Sequence record: NZ_CP064874.1
Direction: 5' to 3' (one strand)
Origin: a plasmid
Length of the DNA stretch: 64,000 nucleotides
Part shown: positions 16,602 through 26,785 of the stretch, piece after piece
Layout of the letters: each line of letters starts with the position of its first letter
Position numbering within the stretch: position 1 is the first letter of the stretch
Notes under the pieces: model-generated
What the model was told of the DNA's origin: nothing
The model's input: the letters and a program-made list of their open reading frames with translations, nothing else
Databases searched by the model: none
Translations under genes and position numbers: made by a program

Positions 16602-17255
16602 ATGTCTGCTGTTGTTGCGCGACTTGACGTGGACCTCACGGATATTGAGTGCATTGTGAAGGTCACGCGGCCACTGGTCGGAGTACCGGACTCCGTGAAC
16701 TGGACGGAGTTGCCGTCGGGCGTCGCGAAGATCTCCGCTGACGCGACGTTGTACATCTTCGATGACGACGACGAGGGGGAGCCGGAGCGTCGTGTCATCG
16801 CGCGCGCTACTGCGTACACCGTCGACCTCGACCGGGTGGGTGACGTCGTTGACGTGTTCGATCAAGTAGGCGGCGAAGCATTCGAGATCACCGAGTCGAT
16901 TCTCGGTGATGAGAACGTCTTCGAGTGGCTCGACTCCCGCGATCCGCTGGTTGGCGAGCAGGTGTCGCAGCTCGTGATCGTCGAGGGCGTCTTTGTGGAG
17001 CCACCGTACCGGGGTCAGCGCCTTGGTCCACGTCTGCTCACGACGCTGGTGGAGACGGTGACCGGCACGGGGAGGGAGACTCTCATCGTTCTCCGCGCGC
17101 AACCGGTGCCGTGGGAGCACCTGTCCGAGATCGAGTTTCGGCGCTCCCGAAAGAAGGTCGCTGCGTCGTACGAAAGCGTCGGGTTTGCGCACTTCCGGGA
17201 CAACATCTATTGGCGTCACAACGCGTTCGTCGGGACCGAGAACCTCGAGGCGTGA
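16602..17255 (+). CDS. GNAT family N-acetyltransferase
   Basis: ORF 16449..17255 trimmed to MSAVV (RBS AAGGGGTGAG); LVIVEGVFVEPPYRGQRLGPRLL matches GNAT motif A (R-x-x-G-x-G/A). Confidence 0.5.
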   Translation: MSAVVARLDVDLTDIECIVKVTRPLVGVPDSVNWTELPSGVAKISADATLYIFDDDDEGEPERRVIARATAYTVDLDRVGDVVDVFDQVGGEAFEITESILGDENVFEWLDSRDPLVGEQVSQLVIVEGVFVEPPYRGQRLGPRLLTTLVETVTGTGRETLIVLRAQPVPWEHLSEIEFRRSRKKVAASYESVGFAHFRDNIYWRHNAFVGTENLEA

Positions 17256-17526
17256 GTCACGCCCCCGGGTATTTGGGAACCTTCAGGTCGACCTCCCCGG
17301 CCAGGTGGCGAGCGTCGTCGGGCGGGTCCAGTTGCGGCGGGCGGTGCGCTCCGTGGTGAGATCGTGCGGAGCGGCAACGATCCACACGGTCGCTTCCCGC
17401 GTCGATCAGATCCGACGAGCCCTCACTGACTATCACCACGATGGCTCACCAACGTCTACGACGAAGACAACCCGGCCGGATCCTCCACCACACCAGGGGA
17501 CAGGACCATCAATCAAGAAGGGTTTC

Positions 17527-17820
17527 TCATGCAGTCAGCGCCTCGAGGATGAGACCGCGCACGTGATCAAAGTCGAGGTCGGCCGGAAGCTGGAGCCACG
17601 CGTTCTTCTGACCCTTGTAGTGTGTCCCGACGCCGGCGTCAACGAGAGCCGCCGTGCGCATTGGGTCAAGCTTCACCACCACCTGCCCGCCGCTGGTCAT
17701 GGCGCGCACGGCGCCACTGCTGCTTCCCGAGACGATGAGACTGCCGCGGTGGTTCCGTGACACACCGTCAAGCGCAGTCATCTCGTGAGCGATCGTGTCG
17801 AACACTTCATCCCCAGTCAT
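17527..17820 (-). CDS. putative MmcQ/YjbR-like DNA-binding protein
   Basis: MTGDEVFDTIAHEMTALDGVS ... GTHYKGQKNAWLQLPADLDF pattern; weak assignment. Confidence 0.3.
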   Translation of the reverse strand: MTGDEVFDTIAHEMTALDGVSRNHRGSLIVSGSSSGAVRAMTSGGQVVVKLDPMRTAALVDAGVGTHYKGQKNAWLQLPADLDFDHVRGLILEALTA

Positions 17821-17937
17821 CACGGTTCTCCCTTCATGCGCGGTCGACGACCCCAAAGCGATCCCTACAGGTGGCCCTCAGAAGAAGTGTCCCACTCAGG
17901 CTCCTTCACGCGGAAGACCACGGCGCGCAACGCTTCG

Positions 17938-18039
17938 GGCGCAGAGCTGCGGATCAAGGCCGCCGGGTTACCGGCTCGCAAAACGTTGGAGGACTTCGAT
18001 TGGGATGCGCAGCGGAGGGCGCTCGCAGACCAGTTCTGA
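17938..18039 (+). pseudogene. istB: IS21-family IstB helper N-terminal fragment
   Basis: ELRIKAAGLPARKTLEDFDWDAQ matches IstB/DnaC-like N-terminus (KTLEDFDF motif) then stops; no ATPase domain. Confidence 0.5.
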
Positions 18040-18092
18040 CGACCGACAGCAGTTCATCGTCAGCCGGTTCCTACAGATGTCACGCTCCGAGT

Positions 18093-18143
18093 TGTCCATT
18101 TCGCAGGGGAGATGTCTACGCGATGTCCATATGGACCTTTCGG
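18093..18143. repeat. about 50-bp direct repeat copy 2
   Basis: TTGTCCATTTCGCAGGGGAGATGTCTACGCGATGTCCATATGGACCTTTCGG. Confidence 0.7.
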
Positions 18144-18222
18144 GGCATTGGGGCGAGTCGCTTCGGTGGGATTCGCAAAAAACGTCGAGACGCCGACTGA
18201 CCGGCGCTCGTAGATTCGAAGC

Positions 18223-18507
18223 GTGTCCTCAGTCGTCCTTCCACTCACCGCTCAGCGGCATGCGGAACGTGTGAGCCGGGCACTTCACTGGATGGAGGAG
18301 CGTCTCGAGGAGCCGGTGACCCTCGCCGAGATCGCGGCGGTCGCTGGTCTTTCGCCGCATCACTTTCACCGCGTCTTCCGTGCGGTCGTGGGTGAGAACC
18401 CGAAAGCGCACCTGCGCCGGTTGCGGCTTGAGCGAGCGGTCTACCGACTCAAAGTCAGTACGGACACGGTGCTGCACATCGCGTTGGAATCGGCCGCGTC
18501 CGTTTGA
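18223..18507 (+). pseudogene. AraC-family HTH fragment, truncated after the first HTH by the IS256 insertion
   Basis: LAEIAAVAGLSPHHFHRVFRAVVGENPKAHLRRLRLERAVYRL is AraC HTH; ORF ends at the IS256 left IR. Confidence 0.55.
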
Positions 18508-18518
18508 GTGGTGGTCTT

Positions 18519-19897
18519 TCGCTTCGTTGCGATGATCAGCTGTCGTTAGTTTAGGCGGCGGTGATCTCGGGGAGTATCACCGCCTCGTCGATGGTGGGGG
18601 TGGTCGCGGTGAGCTCGGTCATGGAGGCTTCGGAGAAGTAGCGGCGGTCGGCGGCTTCCCATTCGTCGTGTTGCTCGACGAGGACGGAGCCGGCCAGGCG
18701 GAGCAGGGCGGCGTTGTTCGGGAACACGCCAACGACGTCGGTGCGGCGCTTGATCTCCCGATTGAGGCGTTCCAGCGGGTTCGTGGACCAGATCTGTCGC
18801 CAATGCCGGGCGGGGAACGCTTTGAACGCGAGGATGTCGTCACGGGCGTCGGTGAGCATCACGGCGGTCTTGGGGTGGACGCGCTCGATCATGCGCACGA
18901 CTTCGTCGAACTGGGCATCGATGTGCTCGGCGTCGGGTTGGGCGAAGATCGTGCGGATCACGCTGGCGACCATCTCCTGCCGGCCCTTCGGGAGGGCGGT
19001 CAGGACGTTGCGCATGAAGTGGACGCGGCAGCGCTGCCAGGCGGCGCCCTGCAACACGGTCGCTGCGGCCTTCTTCAGTCCGGCGTGGGCGTCGGAGATC
19101 ACCAGCTTCACCCCGCCCAGACCTCGTGTCTTCAACGAGCGCAGGAACTGCTTCCAGAACTCCTCGGTCTCGCTGTCTCCGACATCGAAGCCCAGCACGA
19201 CCCGCCGCCCGTCAGCGGCGACGCCGATCGCGACGACGACCGCCTGGGACACGACACGGTGGTCGATGCGGACCTTGCAGTAGGTCGCGTCGAGGAACAC
19301 GTAGGGGTAGGCGATGTCAGACAGCGAGCGGTCGCGGAACGATGCGACCTCGGCGTCGAGCCCTTGGCAGATGCGGGACACCTCGGACTTCGAGATGCCA
19401 GTGTCAGCGCCGAGCGCTTTGACGAGGTCATCGACCTTCCGGGTTGAGACGCCGTGGAGGTAGGCCTCCATCACGACCGCGAACAAGGCTTGGTCGACCC
19501 GGCGGCGCCGCTCCAGCAGCGACGGGAAGAACGACCCCTGCCGCAACTTCGGGATCCGCAACTCCAGATCCCCAGCCGTGGTCGACAGCACCCGCGGCCG
19601 GGAACCGTTGCGGGTAGTCGTGCGCTCGCTCGTGCGCTCGTAGGGGGCGGCGCCGATGAATGCGGCTGTCTCCGCGTCGATCAGCTCCTGGTAGAGCCGC
19701 TCGGTCGCGGCTCGGATGCGGTCGGTGGTGCCGGTGAGCTTCAGTTCCCCGAGCAGCTCGAGGAGGGCAGACTGGTCAAGAGCCATCGTGCGGTGTCGTC
19801 TTTCTGTGTGAGTTCTTGGTCGTTCTCACTGACCATCGCACGATGGCTCACCCCGTCGCGGTCACGACGCCGCGGGCCCGAAAGACCACCACCCCGC
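18519..19897 (-). mobile_element. IS256-family insertion sequence
   Basis: Transposase ORF 18551..19786 (411 aa, classic IS256 Tnp); imperfect terminal IRs GTGGTGGTCTTTCG at both ends. Confidence 0.8.
18551..19786 (-). CDS. IS256 family transposase
   Basis: Full-length match to IS256 transposase architecture (MALDQSALLELL ... DATYCKVR ... WQRCRVHFMRN). Confidence 0.9.
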   Translation of the reverse strand: MALDQSALLELLGELKLTGTTDRIRAATERLYQELIDAETAAFIGAAPYERTSERTTTRNGSRPRVLSTTAGDLELRIPKLRQGSFFPSLLERRRRVDQALFAVVMEAYLHGVSTRKVDDLVKALGADTGISKSEVSRICQGLDAEVASFRDRSLSDIAYPYVFLDATYCKVRIDHRVVSQAVVVAIGVAADGRRVVLGFDVGDSETEEFWKQFLRSLKTRGLGGVKLVISDAHAGLKKAAATVLQGAAWQRCRVHFMRNVLTALPKGRQEMVASVIRTIFAQPDAEHIDAQFDEVVRMIERVHPKTAVMLTDARDDILAFKAFPARHWRQIWSTNPLERLNREIKRRTDVVGVFPNNAALLRLAGSVLVEQHDEWEAADRRYFSEASMTELTATTPTIDEAVILPEITAA

Positions 19898-19983
19898 GGG
19901 ACTCCAGGCCCGGTAGCCGGGGAACGACTGGGCCCGGCCGGTGAAACCATGCGCCCACTCGGTGAGATCGTCCAGCCGCCCCC

Positions 19984-21495
19984 TGTGCGTCAGGATGGGG
20001 TGAGACACCAGCACTGCTGACCTTCGCACTGCACGGGGCGAGAACGGACCAATACTGAGATGACGATGACGGTTGCTGACGTCGGCACCGATGATGGGGC
20101 TATGGCTCCTCGTGCTGACCGGCCCAAGAGGCGGACGTTCACCGCCGAGTTCAAAGCGGCGATCCTGGCCGAGTACGACGCCGCGGACCGCTCTGGGCGT
20201 GGGGAGATCCTGCGCCGGGAGGGCCTGTACACCTCCCACATCATCGAGTGGCGCAAGGCCGCGGCCGCCGGCTCGCTGTCCGGGCTGGGCAGCAAGCCGC
20301 GGGACCGGCGCGAGCGGGAGCTGCAGGCGCTACGGGCCCGGGCGGAGAAGGCCGAGGCCGAGCTGGCCAAGACCAGGGCGGCGCTGGACCTGATGGGAAA
20401 AGCACACGCGCTCTTGGAGACGCTCTCCGAGAGCGCGGACAAGCCGCCGCGGTCGCCGCGGTGATCAACCCGGCCGTCGACGGGCTGGCCGAGCACGTCG
20501 GCACCGCGGCTGCGTGCGCGCTGCTGGGTCGCTCCCGCGCCAGTCACTACCGGGCCAAGAACCCGCCACCGCCACGTCCACGGACACCGCGGCCGGCACC
20601 GGCGAACAAGCTGTCCGCCGCCGAGCGGGCCCACGTGCTGGCCGTGTTGACCAGCCAGCGGTTCGCGGACAAGTCGGTCGCCCAGGTCTGGGCCACGCTG
20701 CTGGACGAGGGCACCTACCTGTGCTCGATGTCCACGATGCACCGGATCCTGCGCGAGCACGACATGGCCGGGGAACGGCGCCGGCAGGCGAGCCACCCGC
20801 CCCGGACCCGGCCCGAGCTCGTCGCGACGGCGCCGGGGCAGGTGTGGAGTTGGGACATCACAAAGCTCAAGGGGCCGGAGCGGGGCGTGTACTACGACCT
20901 GTACGTCGTGCTCGACATCTTCTCCAGGTTCGTCGTGGGCTGGACCATCGCGGCCCGCGAGGACGCCGAGATCGCCAAGAACCTGCTCGAGCACGCCATG
21001 GGCATCCATGGCGTGCCGGAGGCGATCCACGCCGACCGCGGGACCTCGATGACCTCCAAACCGGTCGCTCAGCTGCTCGTCGACCTCGGGGTGGCCAGGT
21101 CGCACTCCCGCCCGCACGTGTCGAACGACAACCCTTACAGCGAGGCGGCGTTCAAGACGCTGAAGTACGCCCCGGTCTTCCCCGAGCGCTTCGGGTCCCT
21201 GGCCGACGCCGGCGCGTTCGCCGAGCAGTTCTTCGCCTACTACAACCACGAGCACCGCCACTGCGGGATCGGGCTGCACACCCCCGCCAGCGTCCACTTC
21301 GGCACCGCCGGGCAGGTCCGCGCCCAGCGCCAGGCCACCCTGGACGCGGCCTACGCCGCCCGTCCCGAGCGCTTCGGCCACCGCCGACCCCAGGCGCCCA
21401 AGCTGCCCGAGGCCGCCTGGATCAACCAGCCCTCACAGGAGGCCCTCATACAGACCGCCTGACGGAATCTGTCTCACCCGCCTTGACACTTTCCG
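19984..21495 (+). mobile_element. IS3-family insertion sequence, copy 1 (identical to copy at 56320-57831)
   Basis: IRs TGTGCGTCAGGATGGGGTGAGACA / TGTCTCACCCGCCTTGACACTTTCC; orfA/orfB with frameshift window near 20455. Confidence 0.85.
20060..21462 (+). CDS. IS3 family transposase OrfAB (OrfA 20060-20464 HTH; OrfB frame 20248-21462 DDE integrase; programmed -1 frameshift)
   Basis: OrfA leucine-zipper/HTH; OrfB WSWDITKL ... DDE motifs (HADRGTSM ... NPYSEAAFKTLK). Confidence 0.85.
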
Positions 21496-21642
21496 GAAGA
21501 CCACGGCCTGCTCACTCGCACCGTCTACCCCGAGGTTCCCGCTCGCGTGGAGTACGAACTTACTGACCTCGGACACAGCGCAGCCGCCCCGTTGAAGCAT
21601 CTGCGCGACTGGGTTGAACACAACGTCGGAACCGACCAGTAG
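21496..21642 (+). pseudogene. HxlR-family transcriptional regulator C-terminal fragment (5' part removed by IS3 copy 1)
   Basis: In-frame from the IS end: ...VYPEVPARVEYELTDLGHSAAAPLKHLRDWVEHN stop; no start codon. Confidence 0.55.
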
Positions 21643-21656
21643 CGACCCCCTCGGCG

Positions 21657-21779
21657 CTACATCGAGCCAGGAGTCCCGGCCTCCGCGTAATACCGCGTCA
21701 ACACAGACGAGGCGTCGCGGTCGCCGTCACCGGACACGACAGAGTTCAGCAGGTACCGGTACCCGTCACCGGTCGTCAT
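21657..21779 (-). pseudogene. orphan MobF/TraA-type relaxase N-terminal fragment (40 codons)
   Basis: MTTGDGYRYLLNSVVSGDGDRDASSVLTRYYAEAGTPGSM stop; matches the conserved N-terminus of actinobacterial MobF relaxases. Confidence 0.5.
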
Positions 21780-22679
21780 CACCCTAATTGATAACGTCAC
21801 ACCTAGAAGGTGCGAAGTAACCGACGCGCGAGCACAGGAGCGCTTCTGTCATTTCGAAGGCGAGACTTCGCGCGATTGGGATTCGCCGGGCCATCCTTCT
21901 TCTCTTTCGTCGAACGTCACCGCAACACCGTGTCGCTGGGGTTCGTGAAATCTTCTTCCGGAAGCGAAACCCAGGTACTGCGCCATGAGGAACTCGCCGC
22001 AGCGATGCACAGGCGTTCGACAGTTCGGTCGCACGAACCGATCGTTTGTTAACGGACGGCACTGTACGTCGATCGAAAGTCGCGCCGACACCCCCTGCGA
22101 ATTCGCGTCGCGGGATAGTTTGCCAGGATCCGGCGATCAGCGTGGTGCGCATCAAGGAGGTGCGCAGCGGCCTCAGCACGAGGAGCCTGCCCGCGAGGCC
22201 GACCACCCCGCCCCTAGGAACGGTAGGAGTGCGACGTCGGGGCGAGCTGGGGGCCACCCCCCGAGACCGAAAGTAGCACCGCAGCGACGATAAGCGCCAC
22301 GCCAACCAGGGTGGTCGTCAGCTCCCCGACCAACGAACCGATCCATCCGCGTTCCTGGAGGTCTCGGAACATCCTTATGCTCAGCCCGAACGTTCCGTTC
22401 GAGCTGCGAACCGATCGTCTCGATGCGTCGTGGCAGACGCCTCAGCTGTCCACCGATGACCTGGAGTTGCACGCGGCCGTCGGCGAACATCTCCCTTGAG
22501 TCCATCGCCAGACGTATGAAATGAGGAGTTCGAGCAAGGGCCCGATCGACCAAGTCGTAGTCGGCAACGAGCTGGCACAGCGTTCCCTCGAGTGACACGA
22601 AGGAAACGACTGGCGTTCTCCTCCGCTGTTGGGGACGTCGGGTCGGCTGAAATAATGGCCGGGACGATACGGTGGCGAG

Positions 22680-23594
22680 TCAGAGCGCCGTGATCCACCG
22701 CGCGATCTCGTCAGCGATCTCGTCGCTATTGTCTTCGACCATCAGCGAGTGGCCGTTCCCAGCGAGAAGAGGCAGTTCGGACGACCAGAAGGTGACGGCG
22801 GCGCCCTGATCGGTGAGCCAGGCCACGATGTCCTGATCCAGCTGCGAGGGGTGGTCGGTATCGGCTCCACCCGTGAAGACGAGAATCGGCTTGTTCGTGA
22901 ACGCGTCGGTCGGCCCGATCCTCATTTGGCTCCCACCGATGTTCTGACGCTGATAAAGCATCCGGGCCGGGATCGGCCGAAGGGTGCGGCGGAACACCTC
23001 GATGCACTCGCGGGGGAACCGCCGGCTGGGTCCGATGGCCTTGTCGTTCACGAAGGCGCTTGTGGGTTCCCAGAAACCCATCTTCGGGATGGTCCAGTCG
23101 ATGGCCGCTCCACGGATGGAGACCTCCTGGTCGGACTCCCTCACGATCTCGGGCACCGCCTGTATATTTCCAGGCGGGCCCGGAGCGACGGCTACGAGCC
23201 CGTCGATGAGATCGCCATGCGTCTCTAGGAGGCGGAAGCCAATCGGACCTGCCATCGAGTGCACGACCAGCACGACGTTCCGGCCGAGACCAGAGAGGAA
23301 CACGCCCATCCCTCGGCACACGCTCTCATAGTCCAGCCGCGCAGACGCCGCACGATCATCGACGTGTTGGGCCGCCTCATAGGACAACCCCAGCCAGTCC
23401 ACCACCAGCACACCGTAGCCATGCGATACGAATCGTGCCGCCCAGCCCTGTCGGCCGTCGGGCGTCTCGAGATAGTACTCGTTCGAGGCACCACCCCCGT
23501 GCACGAGGACGATCCACCGAGCAGGCGCACCCGACGGCGCCAGTTCGGTGTACGAGATCGGCGCGACGTCGTCTGGGCGTGAAATCGAATCCAT
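22680..23594 (-). CDS. alpha/beta hydrolase
   Basis: ORF 22680..23618; HSMAGP nucleophile elbow, LVHGGG oxyanion region. Confidence 0.7.
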   Translation of the reverse strand: MDSISRPDDVAPISYTELAPSGAPARWIVLVHGGGASNEYYLETPDGRQGWAARFVSHGYGVLVVDWLGLSYEAAQHVDDRAASARLDYESVCRGMGVFLSGLGRNVVLVVHSMAGPIGFRLLETHGDLIDGLVAVAPGPPGNIQAVPEIVRESDQEVSIRGAAIDWTIPKMGFWEPTSAFVNDKAIGPSRRFPRECIEVFRRTLRPIPARMLYQRQNIGGSQMRIGPTDAFTNKPILVFTGGADTDHPSQLDQDIVAWLTDQGAAVTFWSSELPLLAGNGHSLMVEDNSDEIADEIARWITAL

Positions 23595-23610
23595 AGCTTC
23601 CCCAGGCCTG

Positions 23611-24333
23611 TTAGGCAATGACGGCGTCGAGGGCCCGTGCGAGCCTCTCCGGATGCGTGAGCATCACCAAATGGCTTCCGTCGATCTCGATCGTGCGCGG
23701 ACTATCAAGCCGCCCGGCCGCGGCCTGGTAGATCTCAGCGGGAACGGCCTGGTCCTGAGCGAGGAACACATAACTTGACGGGATGCTGCTCGCCCAGAAC
23801 CGGTCGAGGCGGATCGGCTCATCGGACCAGCCTGCCGGCGCTGGGACGAGCCTCGGCTCGAGCGCGGCGAGCTGCTGCTGCTCGAACGGGGACATGTCCT
23901 GCATAGACGCGGCCCAGAGCTCAGGCGGCATGACGATGGTGTTGTCGTCGGACTGACTCGCAAGCGCCTTCGTCGCTGCGACCAACGGATCGGGGAGCAC
24001 GTCGTTAATGGTCTCGCCGTCGCGCAGCACCCAGGCGTCGACGAAGACGACCCGGCCGATGCGCTCGGGCATCGCCTCAGCGACGAGTTGGATGAGCGGA
24101 CCTCCGCCGCTATGACCGACGAGCACGATGTCGAGCTGGGTGAGCTCTCTTACCTGATCGATCAGATCGCGCGCCATCATGCTCATCGTGACGCCGGAGC
24201 GGTCCACGTCACCGTCTTCGAGACCGCGCAGCGTCGGCGCGATCACCTCGTGCCCCATTCTGCGCAATTCGTCGGCGACGCCGTCCCACACCCAGCCGCC
24301 TACCCATCCGCCGTGCACCAGTACGATCTGCAT
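23611..24333 (-). CDS. alpha/beta hydrolase (esterase-like)
   Basis: VLVHGGWVGGWVW ... LVGHSGGG motifs; 8-bp overlap with downstream hydrolase. Confidence 0.7.
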   Translation of the reverse strand: MQIVLVHGGWVGGWVWDGVADELRRMGHEVIAPTLRGLEDGDVDRSGVTMSMMARDLIDQVRELTQLDIVLVGHSGGGPLIQLVAEAMPERIGRVVFVDAWVLRDGETINDVLPDPLVAATKALASQSDDNTIVMPPELWAASMQDMSPFEQQQLAALEPRLVPAPAGWSDEPIRLDRFWASSIPSSYVFLAQDQAVPAEIYQAAAGRLDSPRTIEIDGSHLVMLTHPERLARALDAVIA

Positions 24334-24494
24334 TGATCATCCTCTTCGCATATTTATCTGCTGAGCAGAACTTGTTCCTAACTAGAAGACACAATAGCTT
24401 GCGCGGCGCCAACAGTCCAGCATGGCTCGAGCTCTCTTCAGAACGCGCCGAACGACCCCTGCACCAGGTCGCAGGGGAAAGAGACGACGAGCCT

Positions 24495-24880
24495 TCAGGA
24501 GGTCAGGTCGGCCAGACGTACGGCTGCCTCATCGAGGAGTGCGACGAGGGTCTTCACCTTGCGGGGAGGCAAGCGGAACACCGGGGCAGATGCGTTGATC
24601 GCCAACCGCAGCCCGCTCGCCGAGGGAACGGCCACGGCCACCGAGGCCACGCCCTCCTCGCTCTCCTCCCGGTTCGTTGCATAGCCCTGCTTCGCGACAA
24701 GATCCAGTTGTGCGAGGAGCTCGGTCTTGGTACGGATCGACTGCGGAGTCACCTGTGAGAGTTGCTCGTCGGGGTAGAGACGGTCCAATTGTTCTCGCGG
24801 GAGCTGCGCCAGGAGAACCTTTCCCGTGGAGGTGCAATGGGCCGGCATCTCCTTGCCCAACCGTGAAGCGACTCGCACCG
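24495..24880 (-). pseudogene. IclR-family regulator C-terminal effector-domain fragment (N-terminal HTH missing)
   Basis: GKVLLAQLPREQLDRLYPDEQLSQVTPQSIRTKTELLAQLDLVAKQGYATNREESEEGVASVAV is the IclR C-domain; the upstream in-frame sequence is not HTH-like. Confidence 0.5.
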
Positions 24881-24889
24881 CCGTCGTCG

Positions 24890-25275
24890 GTTCCGCGACC
24901 GGGGTCGTGCCCGACGTGAACCAGATCCAGCTCAGCCCCGACATCGCCCGTACCGTTCCTCGACGCGCGCACGAGGTGCTCGGTATCGTGACCGAGAGCT
25001 GGAGCCCGCTCGGCCGCGGGCCCGAGCTGCGGGAGAACCCGACGATCGTGCAGATCGCGGCGGACGTCGGACGAACGGCGGCACAGGTGGTGCTCCGCTG
25101 GCACGTGCAGCAGGGCCTCGTGCCGGTGCCGAGATCGTCAGACCCCAAACGCCTGGTCGAGAACCTCTCGGTCTTCGACTTCCGCCTTAGCACCGACCAG
25201 ATGGCCACGCTTGCGTCCCTCGACAACGGCGAAGCCGCCGCGCGGGACTCTGACCTGCCCGAGAACGGTCATTAG
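24890..25275 (+). pseudogene. aldo/keto reductase C-terminal fragment (N-terminal half missing)
   Basis: PDVNQIQLSP...SWSPLGRG...TAAQVVLRWHVQQGLVPVPRSSDPKRLVENLSVFDFRLS matches the AKR C-terminus; the fragment abuts the IclR fragment. Confidence 0.55.
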
Positions 25276-25312
25276 TCCACCAAGAACACCAAAATCGTCA
25301 CCGATCTGGTAA

Positions 25313-25504
<192 letters not shown>

Positions 25505-25679
25505 TGATGGCTCGAACGTAGGCGCGATCTGCCTTGCTCGCCTCACCTTCGGCTCGCTCGACAGCCGCGTCCAAACCATCGCGAAGTCGCGTGCACTGCA
25601 GATGGCGGCGAGGGAGAGAGTAAGTTCTGCAGTGTGCCCGATCGGGAACAGGGGGTGGGCTTTAGTACCCCTGCCCGAA

Positions 25680-26114
25680 TTCGCGAAGTCTGGGCCACAG
25701 ATCGCCGCCGACGACGCCGAAGACCCCTACGTCCGCCAGCATGCCGCCGAAGCCCTGCTTGAGATCAACGAAGACCGGAAAGTCAACGGCCGCTACCTCG
25801 CCGTCAAGACCCGACAGAACCTCGCCCGCCTCACCGACTTCGCCGAACACACCCGTCGGTTTCCCTGCCTCTTCCGCCTCGATCAACGCCACCTGTGCAC
25901 CCCTATCAGCGGGAGCGAGGGTCTCGGGAAGCTTCTCAAGCCGACGGGCAACTCGCTCGGCAGTGCTTGCGAATCGGCGGTACGGACGACCCAACTGTTC
26001 GCTCGTGTTGGGGTCCTGGCCGTGCCCCATGAGACGGCGGAGCTGCTCCTCGCTGACCTCACCACCGGGTTCGACGGCGCCAGAAATGTACGCGAGACCC
26101 GATCCGAGCCATGA
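25680..26114 (+). CDS. hypothetical protein, possible HEAT-like repeat (low confidence)
   Basis: Part of ORF 25461..26114 with high GC3; DPYVRQHAAEALLEIN resembles a HEAT/PBS-lyase repeat; the start is uncertain. Confidence 0.25.
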   Translation, partial: FAKSGPQIAADDAEDPYVRQHAAEALLEINEDRKVNGRYLAVKTRQNLARLTDFAEHTRRFPCLFRLDQRHLCTPISGSEGLGKLLKPTGNSLGSACESAVRTTQLFARVGVLAVPHETAELLLADLTTGFDGARNVRETRSEP

Positions 26115-26131
26115 GCCCGGCGGCGTGCTGT

Positions 26132-26449
26132 TCAGTCGTTCAGCCGGTGGAGCCAGTAGCCGGGTTCGCGGCGCTCGTGGGCGTAGGCGAGGATCAGGAT
26201 CGTGTCCGGCTCCACCGTGTAGACGATGCGGTACGGGTATCCGCGAACGGCCTTGCTGCGGATCACGGTGCCATCGTCAGCGGTCGTGAATGGTGGGGCG
26301 GCGTTCGGCCATTGGTCGAGGTCTTTCCGGGCTTGCCTTGCTCGGTCGATGAGCGCAAGGCCGATCCCTGGCTCCTGGTCTTCGTACCAGCGCACGGTGG
26401 CGTCGAACTCCGCGACGGCCTCGGGGTGCTCTCGCTGGGCCAAGGTCAT
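26132..26449 (-). CDS. type II toxin, RelE/ParE family
   Basis: 105 aa; C-terminal YRIVYTVEPDTILILAYAHERREP typical of ParE/RelE; 4-bp overlap with the upstream antitoxin gene. Confidence 0.65.
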   Translation of the reverse strand: MTLAQREHPEAVAEFDATVRWYEDQEPGIGLALIDRARQARKDLDQWPNAAPPFTTADDGTVIRSKAVRGYPYRIVYTVEPDTILILAYAHERREPGYWLHRLND

Positions 26450-26682
26450 GCGGTGAGCAAGGCGCGCAAACGCTCGTAGTGCTCGTCGGCATCCACCAGA
26501 TCGACCGCACCCTCACGCACCTCGGCCAGTCGCCGGGTAGCCTCGGCACGCCAGGCTGCATCGACCTCGCTCTCGTCGTCTGCATCATGGAGGCTTTCGA
26601 GCAGGGCGTTAGCGACGACCGCGCGCTGATCGGCGTCGAGCGCGAGGCCGTCTCGGATCAGAGTTGCGGTGTCGGGTGTCAT
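26446..26682 (-). CDS. putative addiction-module antitoxin
   Basis: ORF 26446..26712 trimmed to MTPDTATLI; small acidic protein upstream of and overlapping the toxin gene. Confidence 0.5.
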   Translation of the reverse strand: MTPDTATLIRDGLALDADQRAVVANALLESLHDADDESEVDAAWRAEATRRLAEVREGAVDLVDADEHYERLRALLTA

Positions 26683-26785
26683 GTATTCAAGTGTACGTCG
26701 AACGGCCGACAATCGCGCTGGGCGTCTGTGGCTCGGGTTGCGGGGCTGCTGTGAACGTCACGCCGACGCGACGTGCTGCTGATGC

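Noticed and set aside
16386-17219. 277-aa minus-strand ORF
   Set aside because: Antisense to the GNAT gene; its only conserved-looking segment (PYGHRVDIS.AKWT) is just a translation of the 50-bp direct repeat.
19990-21381. 463-aa minus-strand ORF (and identical 56326-57717)
   Set aside because: Antisense to the IS3 transposase OrfAB.
21780-22700. ORFs 21784-22305 and 22173-22598 in a lower-GC stretch
   Set aside because: Inconsistent codon bias, Arg-rich translations and no motif; possibly decayed sequence. Left uncalled.
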